A stretch of 64,000 nt of DNA from a virus. Where the stretch lies: the IMG/VR virus record IMGVR_UViG_3300034175_000022, one strand, 5' to 3'. Positions 1-6,847 of the stretch are shown piece after piece. Within the stretch, counting starts at the first letter, position 1. Every line of letters starts with the position of its first letter. A program made the position numbers and the translations under genes. Below the pieces are notes generated by a model. The model was given only the letters and a program-made list of their open reading frames with translations. It did no database searches and was not told where the DNA came from.

Positions 1-217
1 CCGATTCGAGAATGGGAATAGCGCGTTTCGCGAGTCGCACTAACCTATGGCGCATGGTGATGCATTCCAGACACATTGCCAGATGCCATTCCATTCACCA
101 TTCAGAATCACACCTCTACTAGACTCTAGTGGGCATCATAGATTGGACTAGATAGGCATCTGATAACACCTTTCATATGCCATTGACTTTGCGTTTCTGA
201 CCATCACCCACCGTGAC

Positions 218-233
218 TGTCGAATACCCGACA
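218..233. promoter_or_regulatory. Operator-like palindrome copy 1 (TGTCGA-ATAC-CCGACA)
   Basis: 16-bp inverted repeat in the ORF-poor left region. It matches the pattern of copies at 254-269 and 362-377. Confidence 0.45.
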
Positions 234-253
234 TTGACTTGACAATATGCGCG

Positions 254-269
254 TGTCGGCCACCCGACA
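254..269. promoter_or_regulatory. Operator-like palindrome copy 2 (TGTCGG-CCAC-CCGACA)
   Basis: Perfect 6-bp arms with a 4-bp spacer. Confidence 0.5.
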
Positions 270-361
270 GACACACTGAGTTACGTGCAGTTACCATCTC
301 GCGGAGCCGGCCACGCCTCGTACAATGCTTGCTACATACGCCCCGCACAGGCGCCCCATTC

Positions 362-377
362 TGTCGGTATCCCGACA
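362..377. promoter_or_regulatory. Operator-like palindrome copy 3 (TGTCGG-TATC-CCGACA)
   Basis: Perfect 6-bp arms with a 4-bp spacer. A half-site TGTCGG follows at 409-414. Confidence 0.5.
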
Positions 378-723
378 CCACCTAGGGCTACCCGCCCCCG
401 AACACAACTGTCGGGTTTCTGCCACAGATATTCGGCCCTAGGCGGGTGCAATCCGGCCCACCTGTGCCATGATTGACCCATGCCCACCACCCGCCCCCCC
501 CGCATAGGAGCCGCCCGCGTCTGATCCCGCCCGTGCACACAATGCCCCCGCTGTGTGCTGCGGCGTATTACCAGGGTGCGCACTCGAGCCTTGATATCTC
601 AATAGTGGAAACTACCCTCAATCAGGGGCGGACTCTCAATCCGACCCCACACCCGGTAGCGCTGTCGTCCCCACCTGTAGGCAGCCGCTACCTGATCCGC
701 ACGCACCCTGGACAGATTCGGTG

Positions 724-748
724 GTGACCAGCCGTTAAGGCTGGTCAC
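724..748 (+). other. Perfect 10-bp stem-loop (GTGACCAGCC-gttaa-GGCTGGTCAC)
   Basis: Read directly from the sequence. It lies 60 nt upstream of the first gene. Could be a terminator or a protein-binding palindrome. Confidence 0.5.
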
Positions 749-810
749 ACGCCGTGGCCGTCCGGCCAGTCACAACCAGTCATCACCCATCACCGAAAGT
801 GAGAATCATC

Positions 811-1461
811 ATGTCTGACTCCACCACCACCGTTGTCCCCGTCGCCCGTATCGTGGCCGACGTGATCAGCGGCGACCTGTCGTCCTACCAGGCCGCAACG
901 CCGGGCGACAAGACTCGCACCCGTACCGCCCTGAACAGCGCGCTCGTGGACGCAATGACGTCTGGCTCGATGGACCTGGGCGCGACCATCGCCCAGGCGA
1001 TCCGCACCGTGACCGAGTCCGGCCCGGCTGCCAAGGCACCCGTCGAGGTCGACTACCGGACGCTCCTCTCCGGCCGCATCGCCAACCTGCGGGCCGCTGC
1101 CGACCTGCTCGAGTCGGGTCACGTCCGCCCCGAGGGCTTCCCCGTCGGTGTCGAGGTCGCCGACCTGCCCGTCGTCGAGTTCGACACCGAGGTCTCCAGC
1201 AAGATCGCGTCGGCCAAGATCAGCCGCGTGACCATGCGCAACTCGATCGAGGCCGTGATCGAGCGGGCCTTCGACGGGCTCCAGTCCGGCGACTTCCTGA
1301 CCGTCGCTCAGATCCGCAAGGCTGGCACCACGGACGACTACACTCCCGGTGACGGTGCAATCGCCGCCCGACTGTTCCCGTCGTCGGGCAACTGCACCCT
1401 CACCACCGTCGTCCCCGTGGACGCCACCTCGACGCACGCTCGTGGCGCCCGGCTGGTCTGA
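811..1461 (+). CDS. Hypothetical protein; full-length paralog of the 6848-7831 product
   Basis: ATG at 811 follows the extended SD GAAAGTGAG. High GC3. The C-terminal block (AF..G.FLTV.QIR ... GAIAARL ... GARL) is shared with the 6848 gene. Confidence 0.75.
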   Translation: MSDSTTTVVPVARIVADVISGDLSSYQAATPGDKTRTRTALNSALVDAMTSGSMDLGATIAQAIRTVTESGPAAKAPVEVDYRTLLSGRIANLRAAADLLESGHVRPEGFPVGVEVADLPVVEFDTEVSSKIASAKISRVTMRNSIEAVIERAFDGLQSGDFLTVAQIRKAGTTDDYTPGDGAIAARLFPSSGNCTLTTVVPVDATSTHARGARLV

Positions 1462-1507
1462 TCGGCCAGTCACACAGTGTCACCGCACCATCGGCTAGTC
1501 TAGTCTG

Positions 1508-1542
1508 GCCACCAGTCGTCCCAGGTCGGGGCGACTGGTGGC
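1508..1542 (+). terminator. Stem-loop terminator candidate (11-bp stem)
   Basis: GCCACCAGTCG...CGACTGGTGGC lies just after the stop at 1461. Confidence 0.5.
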
Positions 1543-1609
1543 GGGGCCAGCCCCGTCGCGTCAGCACCACTCCCTCACCCGCCCAGTCACAGAAAGTAGG
1601 CGTTCCATC

Positions 1610-1891
1610 ATGGCCGCACGCACCGTCACCTCGCCCGTCACCTCGCCCGTCACCTCGCCCCGGATCGCCGCCCCGGTCCGTCGCCAGTTCGAGGCAGTCA
1701 TGGGCTCAGTCCCCGACGCGATCCGCGCCCCCGGCGACGACTCGATCTGGTACCTGACCGGGGCGGACCTGGCCACCGAGTCGGTCACCTACACCTTGCA
1801 CGGCGAGCGAGTCACCGGCTGCTCCTTCGCAATGGTCCCCTCCGAGGCCTGGGGTATCGCCGCCGCCCTGGGCGACGACCTGGACAGCTAA
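1610..1891 (+). CDS. Hypothetical protein with a VTSP x3 repeat
   Basis: ATG after AGAAAGTAGG. Contains the 12-nt x3 tandem repeat at 1625-1660. Confidence 0.7.
   Translation: MAARTVTSPVTSPVTSPRIAAPVRRQFEAVMGSVPDAIRAPGDDSIWYLTGADLATESVTYTLHGERVTGCSFAMVPSEAWGIAAALGDDLDS
1625..1660 (+). repeat. Tandem repeat GTCACCTCGCCC x3 (in-frame VTSP x3)
   Basis: Three exact copies read in the sequence. Confidence 0.9.
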
Positions 1892-2004
1892 GTCACGGTC
1901 AGTTCCCGTTCAGTTTCAGTCAGTCACCGACACCCAAGTCGGCGACTGGCTGTGACCGTCCGGTCAGTCACACGCAGTCACTCACACAGAAAGTAGGGCC
2001 ACTC

Positions 2005-2235
2005 ATGCGTCACCTGTTGCGCCAGGAGAACGGCGTGGAGATCGCCGGAGTCATGCACCACGCGGGACACAGGCGCGCACTGCGCAACGTCCCGAAGCGT
2101 CAGGCGATCAGCGAGTCGCTCGCCCAGGTCGCCGACGAGCCGATCGCTCCCCCGTCGCGTCAGTCGTCGTGGTCAGTCACCGACTGCGAGGCGATCAGCG
2201 ACCTGCTCTACGGGAACCCGTGGGGCGAGCTGTGA
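2005..2235 (+). CDS. Hypothetical protein
   Basis: ATG after AGAAAGTAGGG. ORF track 2005..2235. Confidence 0.65.
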   Translation: MRHLLRQENGVEIAGVMHHAGHRRALRNVPKRQAISESLAQVADEPIAPPSRQSSWSVTDCEAISDLLYGNPWGEL

Positions 2236-2399
2236 GCCAGGCCAGTCTTCCCGGACCCGTCCCCGTTCCGGTCCCGCTCGAGACCCAGTGGTCCATCATG
2301 CGCCAGATCGCCGAGATCGAGGACGAGGTCCGCAGGCTGGGCGAGACTCGTCGCCAGCTGCTCAACCAGCTCGTCAAGGCCATGAAGGAGAGCTCGTGA
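2232..2399 (+). CDS. Hypothetical small protein (start uncertain; alternative ATG at 2298)
   Basis: GTG at 2232 overlaps the upstream stop (GTGA) and is in frame with ORF 2169..2399. Confidence 0.45.
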   Translation: MSQASLPGPVPVPVPLETQWSIMRQIAEIEDEVRRLGETRRQLLNQLVKAMKESS

Positions 2400-2506
2400 T
2401 GCCCTGGTACGTGTGGGCGCTCATCACCTGGCTGGTGACGCCGTTCCTGCTGATCGCCCTGTGGACGCTGCTCGCTACCCTCGTCCGGTCGCGCCACAAC
2501 CGCTAG
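2399..2506 (+). CDS. 35-aa single-pass membrane protein
   Basis: ATG overlaps the upstream TGA. Hydrophobic core WALITWLVTPFLLIALWTLLATL. Confidence 0.55.
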   Translation: MPWYVWALITWLVTPFLLIALWTLLATLVRSRHNR

Positions 2507-2519
2507 ACCGCCCCGATTC

Positions 2520-2554
2520 GGCCACCAGTGCCCACCTAACGGGCGCTGGTGGCC
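2520..2554 (+). terminator. 14-bp stem terminator candidate
   Basis: GGCCACCAGTGCCC-acctaac-GGGCGCTGGTGGCC (one G.U pair), 14 nt after the stop at 2506. Confidence 0.6.
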
Positions 2555-2633
2555 GTATGGTCCCGACACCCAACCGCACGGAGTATCGCCCCGTAGCGGC
2601 CCATCAGCCCCTCGTGAAAGTAGCGTGATCCGC

Positions 2634-2747
2634 ATGCGTTGCCCACACTTCGCCAGCGCCACTCCAGTCCCCTACTCGCCCAGGCCTGCCAACCACCCTG
2701 CTTTTCGGCTGGACGAGCCACCCACCAAGCAGGTTTCGACTCGGTAG
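2634..2747 (+). CDS. Possible 37-aa ORF
   Basis: ATG lies 8 nt after GAAAGTAGC, the same SD type as neighbouring genes. GC3 is moderately high. Too short for the ORF track. Confidence 0.25.
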   Translation: MRCPHFASATPVPYSPRPANHPAFRLDEPPTKQVSTR

Positions 2748-2764
2748 CATCTGCCAGTTCCTAG

Positions 2765-2794
2765 CCCCACAGGCTCTCACGCCAGCCTGTGGGG
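2765..2794 (+). other. 11-bp stem-loop
   Basis: CCCCACAGGCT-ctcacgcc-AGCCTGTGGGG. Confidence 0.5.
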
Positions 2795-2838
2795 CACGTA
2801 AGATACACACTCACCCGTTCACACACACGGAGGAAGTC

Positions 2839-2967
2839 ATGACCCAGCAAGAGATCGCAGCGCACGCCTCGCGCATCGTCCAGGCCCGCATCGCGGGCAA
2901 CGCGCCTGTCCAGTCCCTCGAGGTCTACGGCGTCGGCGTCGAGTACACGCCCAGGCACGCGCGATGA
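2839..2967 (+). CDS. 42-aa hypothetical protein
   Basis: ATG after GGAGGAAG. The stop overlaps the next start (ATGA at 2964). Confidence 0.45.
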   Translation: MTQQEIAAHASRIVQARIAGNAPVQSLEVYGVGVEYTPRHAR

Positions 2968-3386
2968 GTGACACCGAGCTCGCCACCGACTGGTGCTACG
3001 TCTGCAACAGGACGACGGCGTGGACACCAGCTGAAACCTGCACCGGCTGCGGGCGGCGCTGGTGCCACGACGAGGGCACCCCAGCCTGGCGCCTGATCGC
3101 ACCGATCGCCCACATCAAGGTGTACGTGTTGGTCAACTGGCCAGCACGCATCCAGGGTGACTGCCCTGTCGAGTGGCGCTTGAAGCGTCACGAGCCCGCC
3201 GAGTTCGGCCCCAGTGTTGGGTGGCGCGCCCCGTACAAGACAGACTGGTACACGCTCACCTTCCCGTACGGCACTGACCTTGCCGACGGCGACGAGGAAG
3301 ACTTCCAGCGCATCATCGAGTCCCACTACATCGACGGCGACAAGTTCCCGTATGTCGGTTGGCGATGCGACTGCCCGCAACACTAA
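2964..3386 (+). CDS. Hypothetical Zn-ribbon protein (CxxC...CxxC)
   Basis: ORF track. N-terminal CYVCN...CTGCG motif. Confidence 0.7.
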   Translation: MSDTELATDWCYVCNRTTAWTPAETCTGCGRRWCHDEGTPAWRLIAPIAHIKVYVLVNWPARIQGDCPVEWRLKRHEPAEFGPSVGWRAPYKTDWYTLTFPYGTDLADGDEEDFQRIIESHYIDGDKFPYVGWRCDCPQH

Positions 3387-3438
3387 TCGCCTGCTGATTC
3401 CGCTCTAACTATCCCTTCCTAATCTGCGCCCGCAAGCG

Positions 3439-3456
3439 TAGAGTTTAGGCTAGGAT
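3439..3456 (+). promoter_or_regulatory. Promoter candidate (TAGAGTTT-aggc-TAGGAT), degenerate member of the TACAGTCT/TAGGAT family
   Basis: -10 TAGGAT at 3451-3456, about 50 nt upstream of the 3507 gene. Confidence 0.4.
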
Positions 3457-3506
3457 CGGATCGTACGGCAACACCCGACCCTGTTTCCCCAGCTGAAAGG
3501 CAAGTC

Positions 3507-3824
3507 ATGTCCGTCATCACCCGCCTGTTCGCCGCGTTCGAGGCACCGTCCGAGCTGCCCAACTTCGTGACCACCGACGAGGGACCAGTCGTGGTCGAGG
3601 TCGACAACGAGTTCTACGACGGTCCGAGCAGTCGCTACGCGATCACGCTGCCCTCGGGCGTCGTCCTGCTCGTGGACGACCACAGCAAGGGCGCGGCCAG
3701 TGCCCTGGGCGAGCACGCAGCCGACGTCTGGGTCATCCCCAGCGAGGGCAAGGAGGTGTCCGTCGGCATCGGCGACACCCCGGCTGACGGGTTCGCCAGC
3801 TTCTACTTTCACGGCGACGAGTAG
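3507..3824 (+). CDS. Hypothetical acidic protein
   Basis: ORF track. SD GAAAGG. Confidence 0.7.
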   Translation: MSVITRLFAAFEAPSELPNFVTTDEGPVVVEVDNEFYDGPSSRYAITLPSGVVLLVDDHSKGAASALGEHAADVWVIPSEGKEVSVGIGDTPADGFASFYFHGDE

Positions 3825-4071
3825 TCGCCCCACACACCGCCTGACGCCCCTACTGGTAACGCTAACCAGCCGGGGAGACAATCAATCAAAGCGACCACGA
3901 TTAGAAAGCAGGTAACAATGAGGCTGCTGTTAGTCTAGCGGTCAGGTGCATGCAAGAGCGACTACGGTAAGACACACGCTCGCACCGACCGCGCCCCGAA
4001 GGCCTGCTAAGGGATCTTAGCGGGCAACCTACCGCGCGACTCAGCTCGTCGGAGAAGTAATCACGTACCCC

Positions 4072-4100
4072 TTCCGGTATGTGGGTCAGGTGCCTATAGA
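4072..4100 (+). promoter_or_regulatory. Promoter candidate TTCCGG-17-TATAGA
   Basis: Hexamers and spacing read in the sequence. Lies inside the ORF-free region, upstream of the hairpin at 4174-4203. Confidence 0.3.
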
Positions 4101-4173
4101 GCGTGCGCCGCTCGACAGCATGTGATGAGAATACCCTGTGTCTGATACCACACTGCGCTGCTAAACGGTATCG

Positions 4174-4203
4174 GCCCTACCAGCTGTCAAAAGCTGGTAG
4201 GGC
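4174..4203 (+). terminator. Perfect 12-bp stem-loop (GCCCTACCAGCT-gtcaaa-AGCTGGTAGGGC)
   Basis: Read in the sequence. Closes the 420-nt ORF-free region, 45 nt before the ATG at 4248. Confidence 0.55.
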
Positions 4204-4247
4204 ACCCAGTAGTCACCTGCCCACCGCATCAAATGAAAGAAGGCATC

Positions 4248-4622
4248 ATGACAAAGAACCTCGTCAAGACCGTTCGGCTGGTCGGGTTCAGTGACAACTT
4301 CCCCGACGTGGCCGAGTCGGCTCGGGCAGTCCTGTTCGGCGCGATGATCAAGCGTGCCGCACCAGTCATGAAGGAGTACCACAGCGACCTGTACCACGAC
4401 GCCAACTGGCTGCGCGAGAACCTGAACGGGCCAATGACGTTCGACTGGTTGGTGCGCTACAGTGGCACCAACCTCCAGGAAGGCGCGCGAATCAGCGTCA
4501 AGATCGGCGCTGGAGAGGGTGCTACCTTCTACCGCGTCAGGGTCTTCCACGAGAAGGGCGTCTGGTTCGCGGAGTTCACCAACGTGCCGCTCGACCAGGT
4601 TCCGCACCTGCAGGACCTCTAG
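4248..4622 (+). CDS. Hypothetical protein
   Basis: ATG after GAAAGAAGG, in frame with ORF 4233..4622. Confidence 0.75.
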   Translation: MTKNLVKTVRLVGFSDNFPDVAESARAVLFGAMIKRAAPVMKEYHSDLYHDANWLRENLNGPMTFDWLVRYSGTNLQEGARISVKIGAGEGATFYRVRVFHEKGVWFAEFTNVPLDQVPHLQDL

Positions 4623-4634
4623 GAAGGAGTAGTC

Positions 4635-4835
4635 ATGGCGCTCAGCAAGAAGAAGAAGGACAAGCTCGAGTTCGACAAGCGCCTCAAGGTTTACCTCGAG
4701 GTCTGGCCCTACGGGCTCGAGGTCAAGTACGACCGATGCTCCCAGCAAGAGAAGGATGCCGTTCAGCTTTGGCTGGACGAGGGCATCGTGAGTGACGACC
4801 TGCCGTTCGTCCTCAAGCAGCGACTCGCCCGCTAG
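4635..4835 (+). CDS. Hypothetical protein
   Basis: Strong SD GGAAGGAG. ORF track. Confidence 0.7.
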   Translation: MALSKKKKDKLEFDKRLKVYLEVWPYGLEVKYDRCSQQEKDAVQLWLDEGIVSDDLPFVLKQRLAR

Positions 4836-4862
4836 TATCTTCGATTCGACTCGATCCTAGCG

Positions 4863-4906
4863 TAGACAAGGACGTACAGTCTGCGCTAGGATCGACTCAT
4901 CGCACC
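4863..4906 (+). promoter_or_regulatory. Promoter TAGACA-18-TAGGAT with conserved TACAGTCT spacer block and ATCGCACC start region
   Basis: -35 at 4863-4868, TACAGTCT at 4875-4882, -10 at 4887-4892, ATCGCACC at 4899-4906. Confidence 0.65.
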
Positions 4907-4946
4907 ACACCTACGCCGTCCGCCAGTCTTCCGAAAGTGAGTGCTC

Positions 4947-5453
4947 ATGTCAGTCAACCCGCACAAGCCCACAGCCTTCCAGATGCTCGCCCTCGTGACC
5001 GAGATGACCGGCAAGAAGATCGAGCTGCGCGAGGGTCAGAGCCTGCTGGCGATCAAGATGACGTCTGACAGCATCGTCGTCACGATCGAGAAGCTGCGCA
5101 TCCGCGAGACGGCGCGCGAGCTGTCCTACGTCGGCCGGACGCTCCAGATGATCTCGTTCGTGAAGCCTGCGGGCACCGACAAGTGGACGTTCGCGCAGAA
5201 CATCCAGTGCGAGGACGAGTCATACAAGCCTACGACCGTCATCAAGTACGGGCGCGTTGAGACGCCCGCCGAGTACCTCGCCCGCGTCGGCTGGGAGCGC
5301 GACTGCACGGCACCGGCGCCGGGCATCGAGACCTACAGCAAGACGTACGACGACGCCTCGTACGGCCAGGCAGCGCGCGGCATGCTGCGTCACTGGGGCA
5401 TCGACCAGGCAGCGGTCCTGCGCGGCGACCTGGACGAGGTGGACGCACAGTGA
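4947..5453 (+). CDS. Hypothetical protein
   Basis: ATG after GAAAGTGAG, in frame with ORF 4941..5453. Confidence 0.75.
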   Translation: MSVNPHKPTAFQMLALVTEMTGKKIELREGQSLLAIKMTSDSIVVTIEKLRIRETARELSYVGRTLQMISFVKPAGTDKWTFAQNIQCEDESYKPTTVIKYGRVETPAEYLARVGWERDCTAPAPGIETYSKTYDDASYGQAARGMLRHWGIDQAAVLRGDLDEVDAQ

Positions 5454-5602
5454 GCGACGCGAAGGTCGAGCTCATCGGCACCATGAAGTTCATGCTCGGC
5501 TATGTGCCAGCCGGTACGAGCGACCTGCTCTCGATCATCGCGCACCCCGACGTGATCCAGCTCACCCGCGCCTACCTCGACGAGATGGAGGCTGACAAGT
5601 GA
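5450..5602 (+). CDS. 50-aa hypothetical protein
   Basis: GTG overlaps the upstream stop (GTGA). High GC3. Its stop overlaps the next GTG. Confidence 0.5.
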   Translation: MSDAKVELIGTMKFMLGYVPAGTSDLLSIIAHPDVIQLTRAYLDEMEADK

Positions 5603-5745
5603 TCGAGCTGCTGATCTTCGCCACGATCCTGTGCGCCTGCCTCAGTGCCCTTGCGCTGTGGTCTGACCGCCCGTCTCGCTGCGTGGCCTGCCACGGGTTC
5701 CTGCGCGACACCGAGTATCGAATCCACAAGGAGTGTGACTCATGA
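5599..5745 (+). CDS. 48-aa membrane protein with a CxxC motif
   Basis: GTGA coupling on the upstream side and ATGA coupling downstream. Hydrophobic N-terminus IELLIFATILCACLSALALW. Confidence 0.45.
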   Translation: MIELLIFATILCACLSALALWSDRPSRCVACHGFLRDTEYRIHKECDS

Positions 5746-6197
5746 ACACGCCAGACCAGCCCTTCTATGCCGAGACCGCACCAACCAGGCTCACCGAGTC
5801 CATCGACCTGACGTTCCACCTGTCCGGTCACCCCGTCATACTCGATCGAATGTCCGGCAACAAGGTTGCTGGCCAGTGCGAGATCACCCAGGTGCGCGTC
5901 GATGTTCGTCGCAGCTTCATCGACGGCAAGCTGGAGGGCCTGCGAGGCCTTCACGTCTTCACATACCTGGACGGCTACTGGATGGTAGGAGTCGCCCCGC
6001 AGGTGCGCGGCACTCAGTACCGCCTCGACCTCGACGTGAAAAGTCGGGCACTGCTCGAGGTGATCGTGAGCGAGCTCGCGCCTCACGTCTACGAAGCGGT
6101 CATCACCGCACGAGGCGGCGTGCCCACCGCCGAGAGTCGTGACCTCGCCAGTCACGTCCGCAACGTCTTCATCGCGCACAGGGGTCGGCCCGAGTGA
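5742..6197 (+). CDS. Hypothetical protein
   Basis: ORF track. Coupled to both neighbours. Confidence 0.7.
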   Translation: MNTPDQPFYAETAPTRLTESIDLTFHLSGHPVILDRMSGNKVAGQCEITQVRVDVRRSFIDGKLEGLRGLHVFTYLDGYWMVGVAPQVRGTQYRLDLDVKSRALLEVIVSELAPHVYEAVITARGGVPTAESRDLASHVRNVFIAHRGRPE

Positions 6198-6391
6198 AGA
6201 AGTGCATCTACTGCTTGACACCGTTCAGCGCTGAGAGGATGATGGCGCACTGCCTAGCGCAGGAGTGCCGGTCGAAGTATCACGCCGACAAGAACGACGG
6301 TCTAGCCTTCGTGCTCCTGCCGAAGCAAGGCTTCACCTACGTCTTCAAGGCTGACACAAAGTCATCCTCCGGTCGTTCATCTGGAAGGTAG
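6194..6391 (+). CDS. Hypothetical Cys-rich small protein
   Basis: GTGA coupling. CIYC...C..EC motif. Confidence 0.6.
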   Translation: MKKCIYCLTPFSAERMMAHCLAQECRSKYHADKNDGLAFVLLPKQGFTYVFKADTKSSSGRSSGR

Positions 6392-6397
6392 TCAGAC

Positions 6398-6544
6398 ATG
6401 CCCGCCACCCACAAGTTCGAGACGCACACTTTCCCTGCCGACGGGGCACCGTGCCCCAGCTGCACGGGAGACAACCACATCATGAGCGCCGAGACCAACT
6501 GGGAGTGCCGCTGCTGCGGCTACAAGGTCAACGAGCAGGTCTAG
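6398..6544 (+). CDS. 48-aa Zn-ribbon protein (CPSC...CRCC)
   Basis: ATG at 6398 after GGAAGGTAG. Four Cys arranged as two knuckles. Confidence 0.5.
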   Translation: MPATHKFETHTFPADGAPCPSCTGDNHIMSAETNWECRCCGYKVNEQV

Positions 6545-6583
6545 CCCCGCTAGATCACACTCCACATCGACTGCGTATTCTTG

Positions 6584-6626
6584 TAGCCAGCCGCTACAGT
6601 CTGCGCTAGGATGGAACTATCGCACC
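6584..6626 (+). promoter_or_regulatory. Promoter TAGCCA-17-TAGGAT with TACAGTCT block and ATCGCACC start region
   Basis: Near-identical to the 4863-4906 promoter: TACAGTCTGCGCTAGGAT, then 6 nt, then ATCGCACC. Confidence 0.65.
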
Positions 6627-6667
6627 GCGCCCATGCCCTCTATCCGCCTGATCAGTACCCTGTGACA

Positions 6668-6709
6668 CTGCCCCCGGCCAGCGAGTCTCGTGCACCTGGC
6701 CGGGGGCAG
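6668..6709 (+). terminator. Perfect 14-bp stem-loop about 50 nt downstream of the 6607 promoter (terminator/attenuator)
   Basis: CTGCCCCCGGCCAG-14 nt-CTGGCCGGGGGCAG. Confidence 0.6.
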
Positions 6710-6847
6710 ACCACACCGATAGTGCTCACCTAGATAGGTCGCCCACAGCGCTTGACAATGCTCACTAGGCACGGGATGCTTGTCCCGTACCCGGTGAAGA
6801 TTGCCAATCGGTCAATCTACCCACCCTGTTCCTGGAGGCTGAACATC

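Noticed and set aside
148-727. ORFs 148-381 (-), 285-476 (+), 332-583 (-) and 473-727 (+) in the left region
   Set aside because: They overlap one another, lack ribosome-binding sites, and give low-complexity or Arg/Pro-rich translations. I treated the region as non-coding regulatory DNA.
765-1990. Repeated CAGTCAC(A) words upstream of the first three genes
   Set aside because: The words are short (7-8 nt) and irregularly spaced, and some are arms of local hairpins. I could not separate signal from compositional bias by eye, so I kept them only as context.
3926-3990. tRNA-like string TAGTCTAGCGGTCAGG (D-arm look-alike) in the ORF-free region
   Set aside because: I could not pair a 7-bp acceptor stem or find a GTTCRANYC-type T-loop or a consistent anticodon arm around it. 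It should still be run through tRNAscan-SE.
790-4946. Recurrent (A)GAAAGT(A/G)(G/A)G motif 6-9 nt upstream of many start codons (811, 1610, 2005, 4947, also 4248, 22884), which at first looked like cluster-K-style start-associated sequences
   Set aside because: The motif is complementary to the 3' end of 16S rRNA (AGAAAGGAGG with one mismatch). An extended Shine-Dalgarno sequence explains it without invoking a new element.
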